From contig JARLGW010000011.1 in NCBI GenBank assembly GCA_031292565.1, forward strand, positions 273,256-337,255: a stretch of DNA of 64,000 nt, in the 5' to 3' direction. Source of the stretch: Paludibacteraceae bacterium. GTDB taxonomy: Bacteria; Bacteroidota; Bacteroidia; Bacteroidales; Paludibacteraceae. The notes under the pieces are model-generated. The model saw nothing but the letters and a program-made list of their open reading frames with translations, was not told where the DNA came from and did no database searches. The translations under genes were made by a program, and so were the position numbers. Below are positions 10,524 to 20,700 of this stretch, piece after piece; position 1 is the first letter of the stretch, and each line of letters starts with the position of its first letter.

Positions 10524-10584
10524 GAATTTAAAAATTTCATTTTTTGTTGTTCCAACGTAAATCGTGTGATAGCATCCCTCGTTT

Positions 10585-11811
10585 TTATTTATGCTTTGGT
10601 GGGCTTGGCATAAACGGGCTTCCTCCTTTTGATTTGGTTGAATCGGCGGAAGCGGATTGGCTCATGCTAAGTATTACTTCATCGCCTTTTTTAAGTTCAC
10701 CGCTTAATATTTGTACGTTGGTTTCGTCATTGATACCCAATTCCACGTTGATAGGATGAACAAAAGAGCCTCTTTTTACCCAGATGCGGGATGATTTAAG
10801 TTTATTCTTTTCAGCAAAAGTGATTTTCTGTCCCCTTATTTTGTCAATCTTAGGTCGTTCATTTTCAGGTAAACTTTTAAAGTAGGCAACCATTAGCAGG
10901 CTGTCGGGCGAAAAGCGTACGGCTTTGCTTGGCATGGTTAGCACATCTTTCGCTTCTTCGGTAATAATAGATATGTTGGCTGTCATTCCCGGCATTAATT
11001 TCGTGTCGGGGTTTGGAGCTTTGATAATGACAGAATACGTTACCACGTTGGAAGTCGTGGTTGGTTTCAATCTAATTTCGGTTACCTCGCCATTAAACGT
11101 TAGATCGGAGAAAGCATCTACGGTAAAAGTAACGTGTTGACCTACTTTTACCTGACCGATGTCGGCCTCGTCAATGTTGGCATACACTTGCATTTGAGTC
11201 AGGTCTTTGGCAATGGTGAACAACTTTGGCGTACTGAAACTGGCTGCTACCGTTTGCCCTTCATCCACTAACCTTGATTCCACAATCCCGTCGATAGGTG
11301 AATAAATAGAGGCATAGCTTAAATTTGTTTTAGCTTTTGAATAAGCATTTTCAGCCGATTTTAGGGTAGCCTTGGCCTGGTCGTACGTATTGGTGGATAC
11401 GTCAAAATCAGTTTGGGCAATTAATCCTTTTTGAAAAAGAACTTTGATGCGTTCGTAATTTTTGGCTTGGTAGGTTAAATCCGCTTTGGCTTTATCCAGC
11501 TCCGCCTTGGTTGATGCCAATTCGGATAGCAGTGTTTTTTTATCCAACTCGGCCAGCAATTGACCTTTTTTTACATGCGAATTATAGTTGACATAAATTT
11601 TGTCAATCACACCCGAAACCTGCGTGCCGACTGATACGGTATCCACCGGTTGAATGGTTCCTGTGGCGGTAACCACGTTTCGTACCGTACCTATTTTCAC
11701 GATTCCCGTTTCAAAAGAAACGTGTTGCTTTTTCGAGCAGGATCGGAAAATGATGAAAATAACACACAGAGCAATAATGCCTGCTCCAATGTAAATGGTT
11801 TTCTTTTTCAT
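10585..11811 (-). CDS. Efflux periplasmic adaptor subunit (HlyD/MacA family)
   Basis: 408 aa. It has an N-terminal TM segment, a coiled-coil hairpin (..LASTKAELDKAKADLTYQAKNYERIK..) and beta-barrel/lipoyl-like segments. Confidence 0.85.
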   Translation of the reverse strand: MKKKTIYIGAGIIALCVIFIIFRSCSKKQHVSFETGIVKIGTVRNVVTATGTIQPVDTVSVGTQVSGVIDKIYVNYNSHVKKGQLLAELDKKTLLSELASTKAELDKAKADLTYQAKNYERIKVLFQKGLIAQTDFDVSTNTYDQAKATLKSAENAYSKAKTNLSYASIYSPIDGIVESRLVDEGQTVAASFSTPKLFTIAKDLTQMQVYANIDEADIGQVKVGQHVTFTVDAFSDLTFNGEVTEIRLKPTTTSNVVTYSVIIKAPNPDTKLMPGMTANISIITEEAKDVLTMPSKAVRFSPDSLLMVAYFKSLPENERPKIDKIRGQKITFAEKNKLKSSRIWVKRGSFVHPINVELGINDETNVQILSGELKKGDEVILSMSQSASADSTKSKGGSPFMPSPPKHK

Positions 11812-11848
11812 ATAGTAAGAATCAATTTAGTTTTGTCAAGATCTTTTT

Positions 11849-13219
11849 TTATAATGTAATAGCTATTCCCGAATAAAAATCCAAAATTTTATTGTTGAAA
11901 ATCAAGTTGTATTTGGCTTGTATCAAGTTGCTTTCGGCAGTAACATATTTTGTTCGTTGGGTGGTAAAGTCCGATGAATTCATTAGCCCGACAGCGAATT
12001 TCTCCACAGCCACGTCGTAAGCTTCTTTGGTTGATTGATATTTTTCTTGCGAAGCTTCGTAGTTTATTTGTGCCGACGTTACGTTTTGGCAAGCCTGCTC
12101 TATGCTTTTTCGCAATTCATTCCGGGTGCTTTGTTCCGTCAGCGTGGCCGTTTCTATATTGAGTTTGGCTATTTTTACGGCCGATTTCACCTGGTTCTGT
12201 TGAAAAATGGGGATGGAAAGCGTTAATTGAACTTCGGGTACTAACCTGTTGGCCATTTGATAACCGTAGGATAACCCTTGAAAGCTGGTGCTGGTGTACG
12301 AGGTGCTGAGCGAACTACCATAAGCGGTGGTCAAGCTACCCGATAGCGAAAGGGTGGGGTAGTAGTCGGCTTTCGCCACCTTCACTGCCAGTTCGGCTAT
12401 ATCTTTATTCATCGAGGCACTTTTCACTTGCGGTTTAATTCCTAAGGCGGTTTGGTAAACGCTTTCGGATGAAGGTACTATGCCGGAGTTTTTGAGGTTT
12501 GCTAAATCAGGATAAACAATATCGAAATCGTTGTTTACAGGAAGTTCCAACAGTTGCATCAACGTTACCTTATACATGGCATACGAGTTTTCGGCACTGG
12601 CTAAGGTATATTTGTCGTCGCTCACTTGAGCTTTTATCACTAGATAATCAGCTCTCGACAGCAGCCCTAATTTAATCCGTTCGTCGGCCAGTTTCAGTTG
12701 CTCTTCCGATGCTTTTACTTCTTCTTTGCTTGTGGTTACAAGCTCCTTGGCGTAAATAACCTGCACGTAGGCATTGAGCACCGAAAGCGTAATGCTTTCT
12801 TTCGTGGTGGCTTCGTCATACTTGCTTGCTTCGTAAGTAAGCTTGGCTTTCTTCACGTTGTTGGTTGTTTTTTCCCCGTTGTACAAGGTCAACGTGGAGG
12901 TAAGCGAAGCATTCGTGTTGTTGGTCGACGCGTAACTTCCGTACTTGTTAGTAGTTGCGTCCAAAGATTTACTCCATCCCACATTTTCACCAATTGAGGC
13001 ACTTAGGGTAGGTAGGCGCAATCCTTGTTTTTGTTTCACGTACTGATCGTCGATGGCCGTGGTTACAGAAGCTTTGCGCACGTCGATGTTCTTTTCCAGC
13101 GCGTAGGAAATACATTTGTTTAACGACCATGCCGTGGAAGCCGTTGCCGTTTCTTGAGCAAAACATGCCGTGCCTAAGGAAAAAATAAAAGCAATTATTG
13201 TTAATCGAATAGAATTCAT
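11849..13219 (-). CDS. TolC family outer membrane efflux protein
   Basis: The internally duplicated OEP pattern is present. The start is moved to M26 (MNSIRLTIIAFIFSLGTACFAQ signal). It is the first gene of the tolC-macA-macB operon. Confidence 0.85.
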   Translation of the reverse strand: MNSIRLTIIAFIFSLGTACFAQETATASTAWSLNKCISYALEKNIDVRKASVTTAIDDQYVKQKQGLRLPTLSASIGENVGWSKSLDATTNKYGSYASTNNTNASLTSTLTLYNGEKTTNNVKKAKLTYEASKYDEATTKESITLSVLNAYVQVIYAKELVTTSKEEVKASEEQLKLADERIKLGLLSRADYLVIKAQVSDDKYTLASAENSYAMYKVTLMQLLELPVNNDFDIVYPDLANLKNSGIVPSSESVYQTALGIKPQVKSASMNKDIAELAVKVAKADYYPTLSLSGSLTTAYGSSLSTSYTSTSFQGLSYGYQMANRLVPEVQLTLSIPIFQQNQVKSAVKIAKLNIETATLTEQSTRNELRKSIEQACQNVTSAQINYEASQEKYQSTKEAYDVAVEKFAVGLMNSSDFTTQRTKYVTAESNLIQAKYNLIFNNKILDFYSGIAITL

Positions 13220-13248
13220 AACGAGTAGGTTTCTTGTTTTCGTTGAAG

Positions 13249-13256
13249 CAAAGGTA
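13249..13256 (-). promoter_or_regulatory. Candidate -7 box (TACCTTTG on minus strand) for the tolC-macAB operon
   Basis: CAAAGGTA on the plus strand. It is 30 nt upstream of the ATG at 13219. A second match (TACATTTG) lies at 13292..13299. Confidence 0.35.
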
Positions 13257-13416
13257 AGTAAAAGCAAAGGGAGTGGAACTAAATAATATACCAAATGTAC
13301 CTTTTCATAGACGAAGGAACTATTTCTTTAGTTGAAACGGAAAAAATGTTTAACGTAAATGTTTAACGATATTGTTAATATCGGAATCCGCCTGTATGTT
13401 TTGAATTTAAAAACAA

Positions 13417-13450
13417 AAGAAACGGTAACTTTGTTTGGTTACCGTTTCTT
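13417..13450 (-). terminator. Rho-independent terminator after the cusB-like gene
   Basis: The hairpin AAGAAACGGTAAC-TTTGTTTG-GTTACCGTTTCTT lies 4 nt after the stop codon and is followed by a T-rich run on the minus strand. Confidence 0.8.
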
Positions 13451-13453
13451 TCT

Positions 13454-14701
13454 TTATTTTTCGTTCATCATGCTCTTTTTGCCATCCAGTTGCGCGGCGG
13501 CATCTACTTGGAATGTGCCTTTGGTTACTATTTCTTCACCACGGTTCAACCCGCTCATCACGATATAACTGTCGTTTAGCTTTGCCCCCAGTTCTATTTC
13601 ACGTAGTTGGAACGTGGGTTCTTTCACTCCCGGTTGTTTTACATACACCACGGAGCGTTTGCCCGTCCACAACACCGCCGAAGTAGGCACGGTCAGCTCG
13701 TTGTGTTTGTTGCCCAGGCTGGCATGTACCTGTGCCGTGGCAAACATGCCGGGCTTGAGCAATCCGCCTGCATTGGCTATCTCCACGCGTACTTTCACGG
13801 TACGCGTGGTAGGGTCGAGCGAGGGGTCGATAAAGGAAACCACGCCACTAAACGATTTGTCCGGTATAGCCTGTATGCTGAACGAGAGCTTTTCTCCTTT
13901 TTTCAGGAATGTCAAATCATTTTCATAGGCATCAAACACTACCCATACACGCGACAGATTAGCCACGTCGAGCAAGGTGCCGCCTTGATTAATGTAATCA
14001 CCCGTGTTTACCCGTCGGCTCACCACCACGCCGTCGGTATTGGAAGTGATGGGGATTCGGTTTCTTACCTGACCCGATTTTTCGATGGACTTAATTTGTG
14101 CATCGGATAGTTTCCATTGATGCAGCTTTTCTTTGGCCGCTTGATAAATTTCCGGTTCGGTACTTTTGGTTTTAGCCGCTTCTATCAATTCCTGTTGCGC
14201 CGTTAATAAGTCCGGCGAATAAATCACGGCCAGCGTTTGCCCTCGGCGCACACTTTGACCTTCGTAATTTACATTCAGTTGCTCTATCCGCCCCGATACG
14301 TGTGCCGTTTGGCTTTGCAGCAGGCGTTCGTCCGCTTGCACTTTGCCATACAGGCGCATTTCCTTATCCGCTTTGTTGTTCCCCACGATGGAGGTTTCCA
14401 CGTTGGCCAGTTGAACCGCATCCTCGGTGAGTTGAATGGCGTTCGGGTCAATTTTCACGTTCGACTCGGTTTTCAGCGGAATTAAATCCATGCCGCAGAT
14501 GGGGCATTTACCCGGTTCCGTTTTTCGTATTTGCGGATGCATGGAGCATGTCCAAATACTACCCTTTTTCTGTGCAGAGGTTTCTTTCTTCGCATCCGTT
14601 TTGGTGGACGAATGAAAGAATACCCATCCTAGCAATAGCCCAACGATAACGAGTAGGGCGTATTTTAGGTATTTGTTGTTTTTTAATTTGTTCATTATCA
14701 T
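13454..14701 (-). CDS. cusB: Heavy-metal efflux RND periplasmic adaptor (CusB/CzcB-like) with N-terminal heavy-metal-binding domain
   Basis: An N-terminal TM segment is followed by CSMHPQIRKTEPGKCPICGMDL (HMBD motif) and then a membrane-fusion-protein core. Confidence 0.8.
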   Translation of the reverse strand: MIMNKLKNNKYLKYALLVIVGLLLGWVFFHSSTKTDAKKETSAQKKGSIWTCSMHPQIRKTEPGKCPICGMDLIPLKTESNVKIDPNAIQLTEDAVQLANVETSIVGNNKADKEMRLYGKVQADERLLQSQTAHVSGRIEQLNVNYEGQSVRRGQTLAVIYSPDLLTAQQELIEAAKTKSTEPEIYQAAKEKLHQWKLSDAQIKSIEKSGQVRNRIPITSNTDGVVVSRRVNTGDYINQGGTLLDVANLSRVWVVFDAYENDLTFLKKGEKLSFSIQAIPDKSFSGVVSFIDPSLDPTTRTVKVRVEIANAGGLLKPGMFATAQVHASLGNKHNELTVPTSAVLWTGKRSVVYVKQPGVKEPTFQLREIELGAKLNDSYIVMSGLNRGEEIVTKGTFQVDAAAQLDGKKSMMNEK

Positions 14702-14717
14702 GTTGTTTAAATTATTT

Positions 14718-14945
14718 TAATGTGCCGATATGCTAATATGCCGATGTGCCAATTAATACACCCCCAACCCCTTCCCGATAGCTATCGGGAAGGGGGCTTG
14801 GGATAACACTTACCGTGTGAATTATCCATAGCTCCTTTCATGGGGTTGCAGGTAATTTCATTTGCTAATTCTCAAATTTGCTAATCTGCACATTCTCTCA
14901 TTGGCGTATTAGCATATTGGCACATCGGCTAATTAGCACATTAAC
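14718..14945. repeat. MITE/REP-like element filling the cusC-cusB spacer
   Basis: The arms are built from GCCGATRTGCYAAT-type words in inverted orientation (14721..14757 vs 14866..14941). They flank a long hairpin CCCCCAACCCCTT-CCCGATAGCTATCGGG-AAGGGGGCTTGGG (14761..14803). Confidence 0.65.
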
Positions 14946-16361
14946 CTAATTACAAAGTATCCGCTTCACCCAAGCCACAGCTACATTATAATCGGCCAGG
15001 GCATCATTTTGTTTCAGCTCATAGTCCAACACTTGTTGCCGCACGGTAAGCACATCCGTTAAGGAGGTGGATGAGGCCGTGAAGTTTTTAAGCATCAGGT
15101 TGAGCGTTTGCTCCGAAAGCCGGGTTTGGTTTGCATACAGCTTTATGCGCCTTTGCGCATCTTCATACGCTTCCAGGGCTTGATAATAATTGGTTCGCAA
15201 CTCGTTCACGGTGGCCACGTAGGCGGCATCGTTTGCCTTCTGATTCCAATCCGCTTCTTTTCGCATGGCTTTATATTTTACACGGTAAATAGGTAGGGTT
15301 ATGTTTATCATGGGCATAATCATGTCCTTGCCGTTCATATCTGCATTCATGGCTTCGTCGCTTTTTCCTATTACGGAATAATTCACGCCCAGCCCAATCA
15401 TGGGGTAGCCCATTTTGCGTATCATGCGTTTGCGGGCATCCACTGCCTGGTTGTCATAGCGAATCATACTCAACATCGGGTTGTTGGCAAACAGGCTGTC
15501 GGTAATCTTTTCCGGCATTTGATACGGCTCTTCACTTAATGTATCGGGGATGGATACGGGTATTTCCGCTTGCCTATTGAGGTACGCATTGAATTTGGCC
15601 GTCAGGCTTCGCTTCTTACTTTGTAGCGAAGCAATATTGTTTTCCAATTCGCCTATATCCATTTTTACCCGGTATAAATCCGTCAGCCCCGCACCGCCTG
15701 ATGAGGAACCCATTGCACTGCCGCCGGTATTCATACTGCCACTGCTGATGCCTGCCGGGGTGGCATTATCCGCCCCGCCCATTGTTTGCATGCCGGACGA
15801 ACTGCTCGTACCGGTAGCCGTACTTGTTACGCTCGGCCTTGGGGTAATGGCATAGCTCGTTTTTGTCGGTGCTTTAAATTTAATGAGAGCCATCCGTTCC
15901 ACGGAACGCAGAATGTCTAGGTTCTTTTTCGAGATGCGGATGCTTTGTTCCACCTTGTACAGTTCGTACCAACTTTGTTGCACGTTCCAAAACGTTTGCT
16001 GTTTGGCATCCTCCATCGCTTCGTAATTGGCTTTGGCCATCAGGCTCATTTCGTCCTTAGCCGCACGGAGCGTGCCGAACCACGGAAACATTTGCATCAA
16101 CTGGATGTTGGCATATTGCTTCCCGCTCACCAGTTCCATCGGGCTAAGGAAAATACCCAAACTCAATTGAGGGTCGGGTAGGGCTCCCACCTGTGGCACT
16201 TTTTGCAACGAGGCCTGATACTGGTTGTACTTCTGAATGACCGTAGGATTATTTTTTGCCGCCAGCAACAAGTACGTTGCCAGTGAATCCTTTTGTGCTT
16301 GAAGCAAACCTACCCAAGTGCTGAATAAGCCTATTATACAAAATTTATATACTGTTTTCAT
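14946..16361 (-). CDS. cusC: TolC family outer membrane factor of the heavy-metal RND system (CusC/CzcC-like)
   Basis: 471 aa with a signal peptide and OEP repeats. It carries an unusual Ser/Gly/Met-rich low-complexity loop (aa 171-225). Confidence 0.8.
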   Translation of the reverse strand: MKTVYKFCIIGLFSTWVGLLQAQKDSLATYLLLAAKNNPTVIQKYNQYQASLQKVPQVGALPDPQLSLGIFLSPMELVSGKQYANIQLMQMFPWFGTLRAAKDEMSLMAKANYEAMEDAKQQTFWNVQQSWYELYKVEQSIRISKKNLDILRSVERMALIKFKAPTKTSYAITPRPSVTSTATGTSSSSGMQTMGGADNATPAGISSGSMNTGGSAMGSSSGGAGLTDLYRVKMDIGELENNIASLQSKKRSLTAKFNAYLNRQAEIPVSIPDTLSEEPYQMPEKITDSLFANNPMLSMIRYDNQAVDARKRMIRKMGYPMIGLGVNYSVIGKSDEAMNADMNGKDMIMPMINITLPIYRVKYKAMRKEADWNQKANDAAYVATVNELRTNYYQALEAYEDAQRRIKLYANQTRLSEQTLNLMLKNFTASSTSLTDVLTVRQQVLDYELKQNDALADYNVAVAWVKRILCN

Positions 16362-16373
16362 GCTTGTTTAGTT

Positions 16374-17705
16374 TTATTTTGGTTCAAAACAGCCCAAGAA
16401 AGGCCGGATGCCAATAACCGACGTTGAATTTGTTGTTTCCACGGCATGAATCCATTTACAGGTCGATTTTGGCCTCATACAATTCACTTCGGGTAAGCTG
16501 CCGTCGGGTTTCCGGGGTGCGCTCAGTTCAGTAAAATCAACGCTGATAAAATCGTCGGCAGAAATTGCAATGGACAGACTGAAATAATTATTTTTTATAT
16601 CCGATTGAGTTGAATCAATGTTGCTTATTTCTGCCCGTCGGGCTGCAAATCCTAAATTGTTTTTCATATTATGATTAAAGCCGGGTACATCATTCGAATT
16701 GTCTGCCAATCGGTTTAGCATGTTGTAATTCACGCTATTTTTATAGGCAGTGTTGTTATACCAGTCGTTACCTTCGCGGTGATGGTTGGCATAAAATCCG
16801 TTGGCTTTATTGTTTGCTGCCAAACAAAACCGGATCAAGTTTCGAGGAATAGGGTTTGGTGTTTTCGATGGTGGACGGTAGGCATAACCTCCGGCTTTAA
16901 AACCATTGCCATCCCCTAAACTTTTAAAATCGGGTGAATAACCGTTGCAAAAAGCCCAACAGTTTTCAAACACCGTTGCCTCAGATGCGTTGATGCAGTC
17001 AAAGCCATCGTCGCTATTGAACCATGCACGGCATCCCCTGAACACATTATTTACCGAGCCTGCCGAAGGGTGATTGCCAAAACCGTCGGTATTTCCGCCT
17101 TTGCCATTTTCGGATGTGTAGTCGTGATTATGGTAGGCATCGCAATTAAGAATCAGATTGTTGGAACCTGACCGTAAAAAGAATCCGATAGCCTGTCCGT
17201 CGTGCATGCTTAATTGCTCGAAAATGTTATCGCTGCCTTCGTTGGAGAAGCATTCCGATTGAGTGTGCGTCAGTATTGTAACCTGTACACCAACCACCGC
17301 AATTCCTTTTATATGTATCCACGAACCTGTAATATTAAAAGCCTTTATCCGGTAGTTGGAAGGTTTAATGGCTGAAAAATCGAAAATCGGCTTTTCGTTC
17401 GGGTAAGCCCAATAGTTTATGCGTTTATTTTTCTTTCCGCTTTTACTCAATTCTATTACGCTAGCCCAAATATCGGAGTAGTTGTTTATCTGCTTTTCTG
17501 TTATCAAAAAAGTGCCTCCACGTACATATACGGTATCGCCGGCTGACAAAATATTTTGTGCTTTCCCTAGGCTTAAAAACGGTTCTTCTTTGCTACCCGT
17601 GTTTGTGTCGTTTCCGTTGGGTGAAACGTAGTATGTTCTTGAATAGCCAATTGATGATAAAGCAAATATCATTATTGTGGAAAATATTTTTATTTTGTTT
17701 TTCAT
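16374..17705 (-). CDS. Secreted right-handed parallel beta-helix protein, pectate-lyase (PL9-like) fold
   Basis: The signal peptide is followed by YYVSPNGNDTNTGSKEEPF..GDTVYVRGGTF. The motifs NTDGFG, NSDDGFDCINA and GDGNGFKAGGY are typical of PL9-type lyases. The gene starts 4 nt after the cusA stop and ends 12 nt before the cusC start. Confidence 0.7.
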   Translation of the reverse strand: MKNKIKIFSTIMIFALSSIGYSRTYYVSPNGNDTNTGSKEEPFLSLGKAQNILSAGDTVYVRGGTFLITEKQINNYSDIWASVIELSKSGKKNKRINYWAYPNEKPIFDFSAIKPSNYRIKAFNITGSWIHIKGIAVVGVQVTILTHTQSECFSNEGSDNIFEQLSMHDGQAIGFFLRSGSNNLILNCDAYHNHDYTSENGKGGNTDGFGNHPSAGSVNNVFRGCRAWFNSDDGFDCINASEATVFENCWAFCNGYSPDFKSLGDGNGFKAGGYAYRPPSKTPNPIPRNLIRFCLAANNKANGFYANHHREGNDWYNNTAYKNSVNYNMLNRLADNSNDVPGFNHNMKNNLGFAARRAEISNIDSTQSDIKNNYFSLSIAISADDFISVDFTELSAPRKPDGSLPEVNCMRPKSTCKWIHAVETTNSTSVIGIRPFLGCFEPK

Positions 17706-17709
17706 TGAA

Positions 17710-20700
17710 TTATGAATTATGAATTGTTTTCTTTATCGCGTGTTCCCGCCAAATGGCCTGAAAAATCGGTACCACGAATATCGTCATGCTCTGAATCACC
17801 ATGCCCCCGAAAGTGGGTATAGCCATCGGCACCATGATGTCCGCACCTTTCCCGGTGGACGTAAGCACGGGTAGCAGGGCAATAACCGCCACGGCGGTAG
17901 TCATCAAGGCCGGGCGCACCCGTTTGTGTCCGGCGGCAACAACCGCTTCGCGCACCTCGTGTACCGTTTGTGGTTTTCGTTCTTCAAACACCTGGTGAAT
18001 ATAGGTACCCATAATTACCCCGTCGTTGGTGGCAATGCCGAACAGGGCGATAAAGCCCACCCACACGGCTACACTCAGGTTGATGGTGTGCATTTGGAAC
18101 AGGTCGCGCATATTCATTCCCGCTAGCGAGAAATCGAGAAACCACCCTTGCCCGTACAACCAAAGCATGATAAAGCCTCCGGCAAATGCTACAAACACGC
18201 CCGAAAAGTGAATCAACGAGGCGGTAACGGTTCGGAACTGGAAATACAGCAACAGGAATATCAGGATTAAACTGATGGGGATTACCACCGATAAGCGTTT
18301 GGTGGCTCGAATTTCCTGTTCGTAGTTTCCGGCGAATTTATACGTTACCCCGTCGGGTAGATGAATGGCTCCCGACTTGATTTTTCCGTCGAGGAATTTG
18401 GTTGCTTCCTGCACCACATCCACTTCCGCCTTATCGGCTACTTTGTCGAAAATCACATATCCCACGGGAAACGTGTTTTCGCTCCGTATCATTTGTGCGC
18501 CACGGGTATAGTTGATGTCGGAAATCTGTCCTAACGGAATTTGCACCCCGTTCATGGTGGGGATGAGTATTTGCTTCAAGTCTTCGGGGTTGTCGCGCAA
18601 CTCACGGGCATAACGTACCCGCATGGGGAAGCGTTCGCGGCCTTCCACCGAGTTGCCTAAGGCCATTCCGCCCACGGCGGCTTGCAGCACTTCCTGCACG
18701 TCGCTCACCGTCATGCCGTAGCGAGCCATAGCCTCGCGGTTCAGCTTTATTTCCAGGTAGGGTGCACCCACGGCACGGTCGTAGAACACGGAGCTTGATT
18801 TTACCGCCGGTATTTCTTTCAATGCTTGCTCCAACTGCAACCCGGCTTTTTCGATGGATGCCAAATCGGGCCCATATACTTTTAACCCCATCGGGGCTCG
18901 CATCCCGGTGGAAAGCATTATCAACCGGGTTTCAATCGGTTGCAGCTTAGGTGCGGAGGTTAATCCCGGCAGGTTGGTTACCTTCACTATTTCGTTCCAA
19001 ATATCGTCCGGCTTTTTTATTTCCGGTCGCCATTGACGGAAGTAATCGCCGTGCGTGTCGGTTATCAGGCTGTCTTTGGGTATCACCCGGAATGCCTCTT
19101 TGTCGGGGTTATACGTTTTCCCGTTTATCAATGCAAATCCGTCTTTACCTTTGGTTTTGAAACGCATCCGTTGTCCATTTTCATCCAAAATATATTCAGA
19201 ACGATAGTTGATGGTGTTTTCAAACATTTGTACCGGAGCCGGATCGAGCGCTGAATTTACACGCCCCCATTTGCCCACGGCTACTTCCACTTCGGGAATG
19301 ACTGACAGCCGTTTGTCCAACGTGCGGATGTATGCCTGATTCTGCTCTATGCCCGTGTGTGGCATACTGGTGGGCATCAGCAGGAACGAACCTTCGTTGA
19401 GCGAGGGCATAAATTCTTTTCCGATTCCGGGGAATACGCTTGTTATGCTTTTCCATCCGGCGGACTGACGAAAACTTGTCCATCCTATTTTTTCCATTCC
19501 ATCGCCCACGAAGCCGAAAATCTTTTCGCCCCCCAGCCAGACTAAAATACCTAGCAACACGGTGAAAACGGGAATCAACAAAAATTTCCGTTTATGCTCC
19601 AAGCCCCAGCGCAAGATGCGTTCGTAATAATGAATAACCAGCAGTATGACCGAGAGCACGAAAGCAACAATACCCGTAACGAATAAAAAGTTTACCAGCG
19701 TGCTGTTGTGTGCCCCCAACGGTAGCCATTCGATGGTGAGGTAGTACACGGCTACCAGTAGCGTGAGGCCGATATTGATATAGCTTGGATATTCTTTTCG
19801 CTCGTCCCGCCAGCGTGAGGCCAACAGGTTGTTAATACCCACGGCTATCAGCACCACCGCCGTCCATGTTTGCCAACCAATAATGGCGGCTAAACCCAAC
19901 ACAATGATGGCTCCGTTTACATAGCGGCCTATTTTCTTTTTATCTATTTTGATGGAAAAAACGAGGTAGGCCAGCGTGGGCAGCACAATCATGCCGAGCA
20001 TAAAGGATGATAGCAAGGCAAATGTTTTGGTAAAAGCCAATGGGCGGAATAGCTTTCCTTCCGCCGCTTCCATCGCGAACACGGGTAGGAAACTCACCAC
20101 GGTGGTAGCCAGTGCCGTAACCACGGCTGCCCTCACTTCGGTAGTGGCCGTGTAGATGAGGCTGAAAAGTGTTTTACCCCGTGCGTTGTGGTTTTCGGGC
20201 ATTTCCAGATGCCGGATAATATTCTCCACATCCACGATGCCTATGTCCACCATTACCCCGATGGCAATGGCAATGCCGGACAAGGCCACGATATTGGCTT
20301 CCACGCCGAAAAATTTCATCAGGATAAAGGTCATCAGCACCCCGATAGGTAACAGGAGTGAAACGATAAACGATGCCCGCAGGTTTACCACCAGCACGAT
20401 AATGACGATGATACTGATTAAAATTTCGTGCGAGAGGGCTGATTCCAGCGTGCCGATGGTTTCCTTAATCAAGCCCGTGCGATCGTAGAACGGCACGACG
20501 CTTACCTTGGAAACCGTTCCGTCGGGCAACACCTTTTGAGGCAAGCCGCCTTGTATTTCCTTAATTTTATCTTTTACATTATTTATTACCTCCATCGGGT
20601 TGGATCCGTAACGGGCTACAATTACACCACCCACGGCTTCCGCACCGCCCTTGTCCAGTCCGCCACGGCGGGTAGCCGGGCCAAAGTTTACCCGTGCCAC

